Positions 44,945 through 55,000 of a stretch of 64,000 bases of DNA are shown in pieces. Position 1 is the first letter of the stretch. Every line of letters starts with the position of its first letter. The notes beneath the pieces are model-generated. The model saw only the letters and a list, made by a program, of their open reading frames with translations, was not told the DNA's origin and ran no database searches. Location of the stretch: positions 1,786,720 to 1,850,719 of the forward strand of contig OZ253494.1 of assembly GCA_965262015.1 (NCBI GenBank), given 5' to 3'. Source of the stretch: Leptospiria bacterium (GTDB lineage: Bacteria > Spirochaetota > Leptospiria > Turneriellales > CBDBES01). The translations under genes and the position numbers were made by a program.

Positions 44945-46025
44945 TGTTTATTTCTTCATCTTGTTGTATTGTACTTATTTGGGTACTTTGTAGTCCAGAC
45001 AGTTGTCCACAGGCAGCATTAATGTCATTACCTCGATTTTTACGTATTGTGGTAAAGATATTATGTTCTATTAAATGGTTAGCAAATTTTGTTATAGTAT
45101 CCAATGAGCTTGTTTCATAAATACTTTTTTGAATTGTATTAAATGGGATGAGGTTGACCTTGGCAGGTTTACGGGATAAAATATGCACTAATTCTTTGGC
45201 ATTCTCTATAGAATCATTAATACCTTTTAGCATTACGTATTCAAAAGTAATACTACGTTTTTTCCAGTTAGACGCATAATCCCAGCATGCTGTCAAAAGA
45301 GTTTCAATGGGATAGCGTTGATTAATCGGTACTAACGTGTTTCGTAATGTATTATTTGGAGCATGTAACGAAATAGCTAGATTAACATCTAATCGTTTAA
45401 GTTTCTGAATTTGAGGTACAATTCCTGACGTACTAACCGTAATTTTTTTTCTTGATAGGTCATATAAGCGGTCATCTAAAAGCATTTCTATTGTAGAAAG
45501 AACGTTATCTAGATTGGCCATGGGCTCTCCCATACCCATAAAAACAATATTTGAAATGGGTTGCAGTTTTTTTGTTAGTACCATTTTTTTTGCATGCCAT
45601 ACCTGTCCAATAATCTCAGAAATAGTTAAATTACGTGTAAAACCTTGTTGTCCAGTGGCACAAAATGGACATTTAAATACGCAACCCACTTGTGAAGAGA
45701 TACAGAGAGTAGCTCGTTTTGTTTCGGGTATATATACTGTTTCAATCAAGTTTTGGTCATCTAACTTAAATAATAACTTATGTGTTTGATCATGAGATAT
45801 GGCTGTATAATTCAGAGGAGGGAAGGCAATGATATTATTCATGTCTAGTTTTTGACGTAAATTCTTTGAAAGATTATGCATATCTTCAAACCGAGTTACT
45901 TGAAAACCATGTATCCATTGCAATATTTGTTCAGCTCGCCATTCAGGTTCTTTCATACTAGATAAAAGTTCACGTAAATCATATTTACTATATGTGGATA
46001 GATTGGCACGCTTCATTATAGTCAT
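44913..46025 (-). CDS. rlmN: 23S rRNA/tRNA (adenine-C2)-methyltransferase RlmN (radical SAM)
   Basis: 370 aa. Motifs: CISSQVGCVFKCPFCATG (CxxxCxxC), NIVFMGMGEP, and C-terminal ..INAACGQL. The last about 10 codons read antisense through the tmRNA 3' end. Confidence 0.85.
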   Translation of the reverse strand: MTIMKRANLSTYSKYDLRELLSSMKEPEWRAEQILQWIHGFQVTRFEDMHNLSKNLRQKLDMNNIIAFPPLNYTAISHDQTHKLLFKLDDQNLIETVYIPETKRATLCISSQVGCVFKCPFCATGQQGFTRNLTISEIIGQVWHAKKMVLTKKLQPISNIVFMGMGEPMANLDNVLSTIEMLLDDRLYDLSRKKITVSTSGIVPQIQKLKRLDVNLAISLHAPNNTLRNTLVPINQRYPIETLLTACWDYASNWKKRSITFEYVMLKGINDSIENAKELVHILSRKPAKVNLIPFNTIQKSIYETSSLDTITKFANHLIEHNIFTTIRKNRGNDINAACGQLSGLQSTQISTIQQDEEINMETAGFEPAS

Positions 46026-46203
46026 TCCTACACAATAATATTATCAAATGTTAAATTGGTCCACGCATTTATGCAACGTTTTATCTTGGATAAATGATAT
46101 TACGAATATTTTTAGTTGAGATACATCATAATAATATATATGTTAACTGCAATGCAAAATCAAAGATGCTGAAGCATTTAAATTGACCCACATACTTAGG
46201 GGC

Positions 46204-47103
46204 CTACTCTACTAGAGTATAAATTGATTTAGGTATCCATTCTTTATTAATGATTGATAATTTATCCCAGTCATATGTATAATTTTCATCCCATATCCAA
46301 GAACCTAGTACGTTGACAATAGGCTTATCTGTGTTTAACAATCGTATGAATCCATCTTTGATATCATTTAGCTCTGTCCCTCTAAAAGGTATATCAAATT
46401 TATTCTTGTATTCTTTTTCTTCATGCTGGTAGTCGACTTGAGAGAAAAAGTCTTTGAAATTTTTATGGGGAACTTCCTCCATGCAATCTTTATACCACTT
46501 ATTTAGCTCAGGAAATTTACCGCTCTTCATATTTCTTTGCACTAAAACTCTAATACCACGAGATGAAAAACTCTCAAAAAAACCCAACCGAAGGATTCTA
46601 AATTTATCGTGATGTTTTATTGCTATTTCTTCCATCAGAGATTTTGCGTATAGCATTGCACCATATGACATTAGCAGTGGTTTTATCCACACAAATCCGG
46701 ATATCCCCACAGCTAAAGCTGGCTTTAGTTGCTTTGTTAATGACAATAAAGGATAAACTGAATAGCGAATACTTGTTTCAACCTCTTCCTTCGTCGCATA
46801 AGGGCAGGGAAACCCAGTGGGCCCCATAGCGAATGTATACACCATACAATCAATAGGCCTTCCTTGGATTTGTTTTATTATTTTATCTTGATATTCATCA
46901 TTGGTATAGTCTATCCCAGTGATTGTTTCATGTACATGTTCAATGTTCTCATTCCTAGAAGTGGTTCCAATGATTTTGTACTCTTCACCTCGAGAATTGC
47001 AATCATGCTTTATTCCGTCCGTAATAAACCTTCCAACATTACTGGAAGCTCCAAGTATAAGAAATGTTTTCATACAGTTACACGGGTAAGATATATGGAC
47101 CAT
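46204..47103 (-). CDS. hypothetical Rossmann-like (SDR/enoyl-reductase-like) protein
   Basis: The only hint is KTFLILGASSNVGR (glycine-rich dinucleotide-binding-like) and a loose resemblance to enoyl reductases. The start is uncertain (47103 or 47073). Confidence 0.35.
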   Translation of the reverse strand: MVHISYPCNCMKTFLILGASSNVGRFITDGIKHDCNSRGEEYKIIGTTSRNENIEHVHETITGIDYTNDEYQDKIIKQIQGRPIDCMVYTFAMGPTGFPCPYATKEEVETSIRYSVYPLLSLTKQLKPALAVGISGFVWIKPLLMSYGAMLYAKSLMEEIAIKHHDKFRILRLGFFESFSSRGIRVLVQRNMKSGKFPELNKWYKDCMEEVPHKNFKDFFSQVDYQHEEKEYKNKFDIPFRGTELNDIKDGFIRLLNTDKPIVNVLGSWIWDENYTYDWDKLSIINKEWIPKSIYTLVE

Positions 47104-47129
47104 ATGGAAAGAAAAAAACAGTTGTTTCT

Positions 47130-47200
47130 TGGAAAGTCAGCGCCAGTTCTGGACAGAACAGACTTGGTTTGTAATCATGACCTACAAATGTCGTATGGAA
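47130..47200 (-). mobile_element. IS30 3'-end remnant
   Basis: The reverse complement ..catttgtaggtcatgattacaaaccaagtctgttctgtccagaactgg matches 13060-13112. Confidence 0.45.
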
Positions 47201-47223
47201 ATTATTTTAGCCTACAAACAGTA

Positions 47224-48312
47224 TTATTTTTTTGGAGCTTTCAACCAATTGATTATAAGAGGGAATATGTCTTTGTGTGCGTTCTGAGCATACATAAAAT
47301 CCGTATGACCATAATCATGCAACATACCATTTGCTTTACTTAAAATAAACAATGTTTTATCTTTGCTACCAAGATTGTCATATATATATCTCATAACTTC
47401 GGGAGATGCTAGAATATCCTTCTTAGGGGCTATTAACAAAGACGGGACACGAATTTTATGTAGAGATTCTCTATAATTGATCGAACGATCTACACTATAA
47501 ATATCAGGGCCATGATCTCTCAGTGCATGCATAAATTGGTACCACATAGTCTTAGGGTCATTGCTTAAGGCTTTGGTTAAAGACTTAAGCTTATCTGGTG
47601 CTAAGAGGCTCATTTGACCAGGCAGACACAGAGTCTTATCAATCATATGTAGCACTGTCTTAATAGAGATAGGTAGATAATCTAAAATGGCAGCCATTTT
47701 TCCAAGATTATATAGGGGCAAATACGAAAACCCTACACCAAAAACAAGAGGGCCAAGTCTACTAGCCAAGAGATATATTTCATACGATAGGATGGCGAAT
47801 ATCACCGGTCCAGCAAGAGAAATAAATTTTGCTATTCTCTTCTCTTCATAATGTCCTAATCTAGCTAATCCTATAAAGCCACCCATACTGTGACCAATAT
47901 AAATAACTTTTTTCTTTCCAGTTTGCTCAAGTACATGAGTAATAGCCGTATCTACATCATATTTTATTAAAGGGTCCATAGAGTGACTGTCTTTTTCATG
48001 CCATCCTATTCCCTTTGGTATTTTTACTCCTTGTCTACCCCTGAAATTTATAAGCCATACATCATATCCTGATTGGTTTAGTAGAGATGGTAAACTATTA
48101 TCACCTTTTATAGTATATAGACCTGTATTCGTTCCAATAGCATGGGTTAAAATAACAGGATCTTTTGTTTTATCTAGTTGATCAGGTGCCAAGTGCTGCA
48201 CACCTATAAACCACTTATCTGTGGTTTCTACACTATACGCTTTTTCGTTACTGTGTACATTTATCTGAAATATCAGATAAAAACATAGTATAAGCATAGA
48301 AGGATTATGCAC
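47224..48312 (-). CDS. secreted alpha/beta-hydrolase (lipase/esterase-like)
   Basis: 362 aa with a signal peptide, the nucleophile elbow GHSMGG and a C-terminal HxDF-type segment (YGHTDF). Confidence 0.65.
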   Translation of the reverse strand: MHNPSMLILCFYLIFQINVHSNEKAYSVETTDKWFIGVQHLAPDQLDKTKDPVILTHAIGTNTGLYTIKGDNSLPSLLNQSGYDVWLINFRGRQGVKIPKGIGWHEKDSHSMDPLIKYDVDTAITHVLEQTGKKKVIYIGHSMGGFIGLARLGHYEEKRIAKFISLAGPVIFAILSYEIYLLASRLGPLVFGVGFSYLPLYNLGKMAAILDYLPISIKTVLHMIDKTLCLPGQMSLLAPDKLKSLTKALSNDPKTMWYQFMHALRDHGPDIYSVDRSINYRESLHKIRVPSLLIAPKKDILASPEVMRYIYDNLGSKDKTLFILSKANGMLHDYGHTDFMYAQNAHKDIFPLIINWLKAPKK

Positions 48313-48369
48313 TATAATAGTCGTCTTTTACACTCCATACACTTGCCGTGTAGATAAAATTTATAGTAA

Positions 48370-49971
48370 TCATAATAAATTTTCTAAAAACTCCGTTGTT
48401 TCTCGTGTATAGCTACTTATATTTTTCATTTTAAGAAAACTATGAGTAATTATATTGGTGTTTTTTTCATCAATAAAAACCAAATCTTTGATAAAGCTAA
48501 GGTATTTACCAACTAAGTAGTGGGTTAGTAAAACAAAGTCACGTTTCTTATGTGCGGATGTGTATTGGTCTGTGTTTGTTTTAGAATCTAAATAAGATTT
48601 ATATAAGGTGACATATAAACAAACTGCATACGAAAATGATAATATGGTTGATGGATGACGCCTAATTTGTTTTGCGTTTACACATGCTGATCGCACCAGT
48701 CTGCCGACACTTTGTAAAATACTTAGTTCTGTTGCTAATCCTGTATCATAATCAGGATTAAAGTTAAAATCTTGTTCTTGGTTTGTTGGGAGAAATGTGA
48801 TATGTTTACATAGATACTCATAATTGCGTATACTAGAACCAATAATTAAGTGCATGATTTCACTTGTGCCACCACCAATTGAACCTAAACGAGAGTCTCT
48901 GTAGATGCGTTCCACATCATATTCTTTCATATAACCCCATCCACCTAATATTTGTATAGCTTCTCTACAACAGTCTTCACCCATATCTGTAGTGACCAAT
49001 TTAGTTATGGATGCCATGAGAACTGTATCCTGTTTACGGTCTATCAATTCTGCACAAAACTGTACTAAGCGCCTTCCATTTTGCAAAGCTAACCATATTT
49101 TAACTATTTTAGATTGTATGGCAAAATAATTTATAATAGGTTGGCCAAACTGATTCCTTTGTTTAGCATAATTTAAAGACTTGTCTAACAAAAAACTATT
49201 AAAACCGTTATTCATAGCACTCAAAGTGCTTCTTTCCCATTCTAAAGTTTTATGAATTACCCTAGAAAATCCATAATGTAGTTCTCCCAGTAAATTCTCT
49301 TTGGGTACTTTTATATTATCAAAAATCAGTTCAGATGTTTTTGAGGTATTCATCCCCATTTTCTCCAGAGGTTTTCCTGAAGAAAACCCATCTAATTTTG
49401 TTTCTAATATGAATGTAGAAATACCAAAAGGATTTCTGCTGTTAATACCTTGTGTCCTAGCCGTTACAATAACTAGATCAGCGATGGGTCCGTTTGTAAT
49501 AAACATTTTGGATCCATTTAAAATGTAATGATCTCCATCTAATTTTGCGGTAGTCAACATACTGGCTGCGTCTGAGCCAGATGAAGCTTCTGTTAAACCA
49601 AAGGAAGTTATATATTCTCCAGAAGCAATTTTAGGAAGATACTTTTTTTTTTGTTCTTCGGTTCCAAAAATAATAATGGGCAGTGTTCCAATGGTCATGG
49701 TGGCACCTATCGAAAGAGTTAGACCACCATCACCTCCTCCATAGCAAAATGCTTCAGCGGCTTGCACCAATTGTAAACAACTTCCACCTTGTCCTCCATA
49801 TTCTTGAGGAATCAATATACCTTGCAAGCCAATTTTACTGGTCTTGTGCCATATTTCTTTATCCCATCGTTGATTCTTATCTCTTTCTTGTACTGATGGG
49901 TATACATTTTGCATAGCAAATGTCTTTACTGTGTCATATAATTCAATATCTCTTACATAATGGGTATTCAT
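48370..49971 (-). CDS. acyl-CoA dehydrogenase with ~150-aa C-terminal extension (paralog A)
   Basis: 533 aa. Motifs: GLTEASSGSDAAS, MFITNG, QFGQPI, GGWGYMKEYDVERIYRD. It is a paralog of 55475-57079. Confidence 0.85.
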   Translation of the reverse strand: MNTHYVRDIELYDTVKTFAMQNVYPSVQERDKNQRWDKEIWHKTSKIGLQGILIPQEYGGQGGSCLQLVQAAEAFCYGGGDGGLTLSIGATMTIGTLPIIIFGTEEQKKKYLPKIASGEYITSFGLTEASSGSDAASMLTTAKLDGDHYILNGSKMFITNGPIADLVIVTARTQGINSRNPFGISTFILETKLDGFSSGKPLEKMGMNTSKTSELIFDNIKVPKENLLGELHYGFSRVIHKTLEWERSTLSAMNNGFNSFLLDKSLNYAKQRNQFGQPIINYFAIQSKIVKIWLALQNGRRLVQFCAELIDRKQDTVLMASITKLVTTDMGEDCCREAIQILGGWGYMKEYDVERIYRDSRLGSIGGGTSEIMHLIIGSSIRNYEYLCKHITFLPTNQEQDFNFNPDYDTGLATELSILQSVGRLVRSACVNAKQIRRHPSTILSFSYAVCLYVTLYKSYLDSKTNTDQYTSAHKKRDFVLLTHYLVGKYLSFIKDLVFIDEKNTNIITHSFLKMKNISSYTRETTEFLENLL

Positions 49972-50227
49972 TTTATCCTGTAAACTTTAGTAGGCAACCC
50001 ATTCCCAGTTATAAACCTCATTTTACCTCAGAGAAGAGAGCCTATATACCAATGTGAAAGCAATACTTACACACCCTTAGATCTCCATATTAATTATGGT
50101 ATATAATGGGAAGATCAATTATAAAAGATTACCTATATTTTTATTGACTTATTATGGCCTTTTATTCTTTATGTCGCATGTGCACCAGTATTAGATTATG
50201 TCTTAGCTTTAGTGTTGCGGTGCTTTA

Positions 50228-50674
50228 GTGCAGAAAGTTACTCATTTCCATGGTTCTTTTCTACTAGAGTATAAGAGGTCTCCCGGTAAAATAGTAGGGC
50301 GATTTCTGTCTACATTAAGAGATGAAGCTAGGATATTGGCTATTCGCTGTGCTGAGTGTAATAATGGCTTTTTGCCTCCACAGGCCTTTTGTCCAGATTG
50401 CAGGGCAAAAATGCAGACTTTCTTTGCTGTTCCTGAAACAGGTCAGGTTGCGTATTTAACAAAGGTGTGTAAGCCTGTACCATTCTTCGACTGTCCTGTA
50501 CCTTATTATTATATCGGTATCCAATTTGCAGGTGTTAATACTGTTTTCTGGCATAGGTCATTTGATGATAAGCTAGAAATTGGTGACACCATAAAAGCAG
50601 TCTTTAAGGATGAAAGTGAAAGAGTAGGATCTATTTTAGATATTGATCATTTTACCGCAGTGAAATTGATATGA
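50228..50674 (+). CDS. DUF35-family Zn-ribbon/OB-fold protein (acyl-CoA-associated)
   Basis: 148 aa with a GTG start. A four-Cys ribbon (CAECNNGFLPPQAFCPDC) is followed by an OB-fold-like region. There is a 4-nt overlap with the next gene. Confidence 0.7.
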   Translation: MQKVTHFHGSFLLEYKRSPGKIVGRFLSTLRDEARILAIRCAECNNGFLPPQAFCPDCRAKMQTFFAVPETGQVAYLTKVCKPVPFFDCPVPYYYIGIQFAGVNTVFWHRSFDDKLEIGDTIKAVFKDESERVGSILDIDHFTAVKLI

Positions 50675-52674
50675 GTTTTCAAAGTTTACCTGATTTCATT
50701 CACGCTACTACTCAAGATAGAGATGAAGCTACATACCTAATATTTAAAGACAGTAGCTATTCTTACAGGCAAATGGAAAACTTTTATTTGAAAAAGGCAA
50801 GTTTTCTACGAGACAAAACCTCTTTCAAAGAGCAAGATAAGGTCGGTATTTTTTTACCAAATAGTGTCGAGTTTGTGATCGCATTTTTTGGTGTCATGTA
50901 TGCACGAGGCACTTCAGTTACTTTTAATATCATGTTAAAGACAGACGAAATACTGTACCAAATCGATCATTCAGAGATCTCTGTACTTGTCACGAGTGCA
51001 TCTTTATTTAAGATTATAAAACCAGTAATAGACCAGTTGGACAATTTGAAAGAAATTATCTTTATTGATGATCACACAGAAACAGAACAAGATAAAAAAC
51101 ATCTAGATTTTTGGAAAGGTATAAATGATGCACAACCAATAGAAGATTATAGTATCGTACAACCGTCTGATGTTGCTGGGATTTTATATACAAGTGGTAC
51201 AACTGGGAAGCCTAAAGGGTGTATGCTATCTCATAGCAATTATTTAGCTAATATAGAATCTATAAGAAAGAGTATTCAACTGGAAAAAGACGATGTAAAT
51301 TGTTGTATCATGCCTCTTTTTCACGTAAATGGCCAGTTAGCCTCGTTACTCGCCACTATATTGTTTGGTTCTGCATTGGTATTGGAGGAATATTTCAAAC
51401 CTAGAACATTTATTGATACTCTAATTAAGTATAAGTGTAGGATGTTTAGTGCTGTCCCCGCTGTCTATAGCTACCTCAATAATATGGCAGAATATAAGGA
51501 TGGTGTAGACCTGTCATTTTTGAAGGTGTGTTTGTGTGGAGCTGCCCCTATGAAGGTTAAGATATTTAATACATTTGAAAAAAAGTTTCAAGCAAAAATT
51601 CTTGAAGGGTATGGTTTGTCTGAGGGAACATGTGCAACCGTTCTGAACCCCGTAGATGGTGTACGTAAGATTGGTTCTATTGGTAAGGTAATGCCTGACC
51701 AAGAGGTAATCATTATAGATTCTCAGGGTAAAGCTATGAAGCAGGGTCAAATAGGTGAAATTTCTATTCGTTCTGCCAGTGTTATGCTGGGTTATCTAAA
51801 AAATAAAAAAGCAACAGATGAAGTAATTGTAGATGGATGGTTGCGTACTGGTGATCTAGGTTATCAGGATGAAGATGGTTATTTTTATATTACTGGTAGA
51901 AGTAAAGAAATGATCATTCGTGGTGGTGAAAATATATATCCCAAAGAGTTAGAAGAAGTTTTAATTACATACGATGGTATGATTGAATGTGCTGTATTTG
52001 GAGTTCCCGACCAGAAGTATGGAGAAAAAGTAATTGCTGCGGTACAGCTATTAGATGGTACCCCAGAAAATCCAAGGGCTATTAATAAGTTTTTACGGGG
52101 TAAGCTTGCTAGCTATAAACAACCTGACCAAATTTTATTTGTCAGTGATTTCCCAAAAACAAGCACAGGGAAAATCCAAAAATTTCAATTACAACAAGAT
52201 TTTTTTGGAAATAAGAACCTTGTTAAAGTGCTTGAAGAAAAAATTGATATTCCTTTCAGATGGGCTTATGGAACGGCTATGTCCCGTTTTTTTACAAACA
52301 TCAAAGAGAAAGGAGCATTTATTGGCTCTGTATGCCCTTCATGTAAAGAGATTTTTGCTTTCCCCAAGTCTTATTGCGGTGCCTGTTTTACAGATTGTGA
52401 TGAATGGGTTGATCTGGGTGGACCATGTACAGTCAAGACATTCACCACCATACATGTCAAGTTTGGCGGACAACCTAAGGAGCCTCCTTATACAACAGCT
52501 TGGATACATGCTGAAGGAGTGCATATGTTTTTCTTGCACATTCTAGAGGTAGATGATGAGAAAGAGATTGTAAAGAACGCCGAGGTAGAACCTGTACTAA
52601 AACCTATAGAAGAGAGAGTGGGATCTGTTTATGACATCAAGCATTTTGTTCTAAAAAAGAGGGGTAATCAATGA
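50671..52674 (+). CDS. acyl-CoA synthetase (AMP-forming) fused to a C-terminal DUF35 Zn-ribbon/OB domain
   Basis: 667 aa. Adenylation motifs YTSGTTGKPKG, GYGLSEG, TGDLGYQDEDGYFYITGRSKE and KTSTGKIQK are followed by ..GSVCPSCKEIFAFPKSYCGAC.. plus an OB-like tail. Confidence 0.8.
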   Translation: MSFQSLPDFIHATTQDRDEATYLIFKDSSYSYRQMENFYLKKASFLRDKTSFKEQDKVGIFLPNSVEFVIAFFGVMYARGTSVTFNIMLKTDEILYQIDHSEISVLVTSASLFKIIKPVIDQLDNLKEIIFIDDHTETEQDKKHLDFWKGINDAQPIEDYSIVQPSDVAGILYTSGTTGKPKGCMLSHSNYLANIESIRKSIQLEKDDVNCCIMPLFHVNGQLASLLATILFGSALVLEEYFKPRTFIDTLIKYKCRMFSAVPAVYSYLNNMAEYKDGVDLSFLKVCLCGAAPMKVKIFNTFEKKFQAKILEGYGLSEGTCATVLNPVDGVRKIGSIGKVMPDQEVIIIDSQGKAMKQGQIGEISIRSASVMLGYLKNKKATDEVIVDGWLRTGDLGYQDEDGYFYITGRSKEMIIRGGENIYPKELEEVLITYDGMIECAVFGVPDQKYGEKVIAAVQLLDGTPENPRAINKFLRGKLASYKQPDQILFVSDFPKTSTGKIQKFQLQQDFFGNKNLVKVLEEKIDIPFRWAYGTAMSRFFTNIKEKGAFIGSVCPSCKEIFAFPKSYCGACFTDCDEWVDLGGPCTVKTFTTIHVKFGGQPKEPPYTTAWIHAEGVHMFFLHILEVDDEKEIVKNAEVEPVLKPIEERVGSVYDIKHFVLKKRGNQ

Positions 52675-53822
52675 AAACCTGTATTATATCATGTGCCGAA
52701 TCTAAATTTGTAGAGAGAGAAGATGAGTATAGTCTAGATGAATTAGTGTATTCAACAACGAAATCTGTTCTTAGCAATGCAGGCATGGGCCATGAGCAAA
52801 TAGATTGTGTTATACATGCTGGCGACGATGTGTTAGATGGAATTAATATTAATCATGTCTATCAAGTAGAGGCGGCAGGGTCTCTTCTCAAAGAAGAAAG
52901 TAAAATAGAAGCTGATGGTGCATACGCTTTGTTCTATGCAATAGCTAGATTATTATCTGGTGGATTTTCTACAGCTTTGGTTATTGGTTATTCAAAAGCC
53001 AGCGAATCTTCCTTATCCTTTGTAGATGGATACAAACCTTATTCTAGTCCTGAAGTATCAGGTAGTTGGTATTATCATACACAATTAGAACCTTTTTATT
53101 TGAGACCTCTAAAGTATGATGTTGTTTCTTATCATGCTTTGCAGTATTCTTCTTTTTTGCACAAGAGCAAGTTGACGGAAGAAGATGTCGCTATTTGTAC
53201 CCAAAAAAATAAAATGAATGGTCTAAAAAATACAAATGCTCCATTCGCTTCTGATATGTCTGTAAATGATATTTTAAGTTCAGATTATGTTTCTTCTCCT
53301 ATTCGAATAAATGAATTACCCCCGCAAACAGATGGTGTTACGGCCTTAATCGTTTCTACAGAACAATGGATGAAGGAAAACAAGAAAGAAGGTGTTTATA
53401 TTACTGGTTTTGGTATGTCTGCCGACTCATACTATCCTGGTTACAGGGATCTATCAGAGTGCCAAAGTGCAAATATCGCCATGGCTAAGGCTAAGAAAAT
53501 GTCTAATGTGGATAACGTTGAGTCTGCTGAACTTTATAGTCTTTTCTCTTATCAGGAGCTTATGCTCTACAAAGAATTATTTGGTTGGGGTTATGAAGAG
53601 ATCAAAGAAAAAGTCAAAGGAAATTATACAGGATATAACTCAAGCTTACCAGTAAATCGTTCAGGTGGTGTTATTTGTGCCCATCCTATTCTGGCGTCGG
53701 GTCTTTCTAGGATTATGCATTCAGTTAATCAGATAAAAACAGGAAAGTGTCAAAACTCACTGTCACATTCCCAATCTGGATTAGGAATGCAGAATAATAT
53801 AGTTTATATTTTAGAGGCTTGA
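52671..53822 (+). CDS. thiolase-fold protein, apparently lacking the nucleophilic Cys (subunit 1)
   Basis: 383 aa. The thiolase-like N- and C-domains retain (N)RSGGVICAHPILASG. At the C(A/G)SG-x13-SG position the sequence reads IEADGAYALFYAIARLLSGG. Confidence 0.65.
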   Translation: MKTCIISCAESKFVEREDEYSLDELVYSTTKSVLSNAGMGHEQIDCVIHAGDDVLDGININHVYQVEAAGSLLKEESKIEADGAYALFYAIARLLSGGFSTALVIGYSKASESSLSFVDGYKPYSSPEVSGSWYYHTQLEPFYLRPLKYDVVSYHALQYSSFLHKSKLTEEDVAICTQKNKMNGLKNTNAPFASDMSVNDILSSDYVSSPIRINELPPQTDGVTALIVSTEQWMKENKKEGVYITGFGMSADSYYPGYRDLSECQSANIAMAKAKKMSNVDNVESAELYSLFSYQELMLYKELFGWGYEEIKEKVKGNYTGYNSSLPVNRSGGVICAHPILASGLSRIMHSVNQIKTGKCQNSLSHSQSGLGMQNNIVYILEA

Positions 53823-54997
53823 GAATGAATAAAGCAGCAATCATCGGTACCGGTCAGACAAAGACAAAATTAAAGCGCAAGGATGTTATTTTGCCAGAAC
53901 TTATGCGTGAATCCATAGATGTAGCTTTAAGAGATGCAGATATGGAAATCCAAGAAGTAGATGCTATTTTAGTAGGTAATTCTCCTGATATGCTTGATGG
54001 AATTAATCATCCTGAACACTGGTGTACTGATATGATAGGCGGGAAAAACTTACCTGTTATACGAGTTCATACGGGTGGTACAGTAGGTGCTTCAGTTGGT
54101 ATCATGGGTCATTATACAGTAGCCTCTGGTATTTTTGATACAGTTATTGTTGTCTCAGGCAATAAACTATCAGAAACCCCTGTTCAAAGGGGGCTTACTT
54201 ATGTCTATCACCCTACTTGGGGAAGAGACTATGCCGCTGGAGCCATTTCTATTGTTGCTGGGCAAGCTAGACTTTATATGGATAGATATCCTCACATCAC
54301 AGAAAGAGTACTAGCGGAAGTAGGTGTCTTGGCTAGAAAAAACGCCCTAAATAATCCATATGCAACTTTAAAGTTACCCACAGTGAATGTAGAGATGTTA
54401 CTTAACATGGCTTATTTATCTACTCCATTAAGGTTGCTTGATTCTTGTCCAATATCAGATGGGGCTTGTGCCATGGTTATCGAGAATGGTCATAAGGCCA
54501 AAAAAAGGTCAGTTCCTAAAAGTTGGATACAAGCTGTTTCAACGATAGCTGACGGTAGCAATTATCCACAAAGAGATTGGATTAAGCCTCTCGCTTTAGA
54601 AAAGGCAGCGAGTACCGTATACAAGAAAGTTGGTATTACAAATCCCATAGAACAGCTAGACGTGGTCGAATTGTATGATGCTTTTACCGTGCAAGTCTTA
54701 CTTTGGACAGAAGGAATGGGTATTGCTGAATATGGGCAAGCTTATAAATACATAGAAGATGGGACTTTCTCTCTTAAGGGTAAATGTCCTATAAATCCAT
54801 CGGGCGGTGTACTCTCTAGTAATTCAATAGGTGCCTCTGCTATGGTAAGGCAGGTCGAGATTGCTCTGCAAATCACTAGAAAAGCTGGAGATAGGCAGGT
54901 AGAAAAAGCTGACGTTGGTTTAGCTCATGGTTGGGGGGGAGCTATCCAATTCCATGTTAATATGATACAAAGTAAGCATGAGGATTTAGTTTTATAG
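53819..54997 (+). CDS. SCP-x/Ltp-type thiolase-fold protein, apparently lacking nucleophilic Cys and catalytic His (subunit 2)
   Basis: 392 aa. Starts AAIIGTGQTK. It has VHTGGTVGASVGIMGHYTVASG in place of the Cys motif, and INPSGGVLSSNSIGASA in place of GHP.GA.G. Confidence 0.65.
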   Translation: MRMNKAAIIGTGQTKTKLKRKDVILPELMRESIDVALRDADMEIQEVDAILVGNSPDMLDGINHPEHWCTDMIGGKNLPVIRVHTGGTVGASVGIMGHYTVASGIFDTVIVVSGNKLSETPVQRGLTYVYHPTWGRDYAAGAISIVAGQARLYMDRYPHITERVLAEVGVLARKNALNNPYATLKLPTVNVEMLLNMAYLSTPLRLLDSCPISDGACAMVIENGHKAKKRSVPKSWIQAVSTIADGSNYPQRDWIKPLALEKAASTVYKKVGITNPIEQLDVVELYDAFTVQVLLWTEGMGIAEYGQAYKYIEDGTFSLKGKCPINPSGGVLSSNSIGASAMVRQVEIALQITRKAGDRQVEKADVGLAHGWGGAIQFHVNMIQSKHEDLVL

Positions 54998-55000
54998 ATA

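Noticed and set aside
46864-47343. 159-aa plus-strand ORF spanning the gap between two minus-strand genes.
   Set aside because: It overlaps both neighbours and an IS30 remnant. It has low-complexity, stop-poor AT-rich sequence and no RBS or motif.
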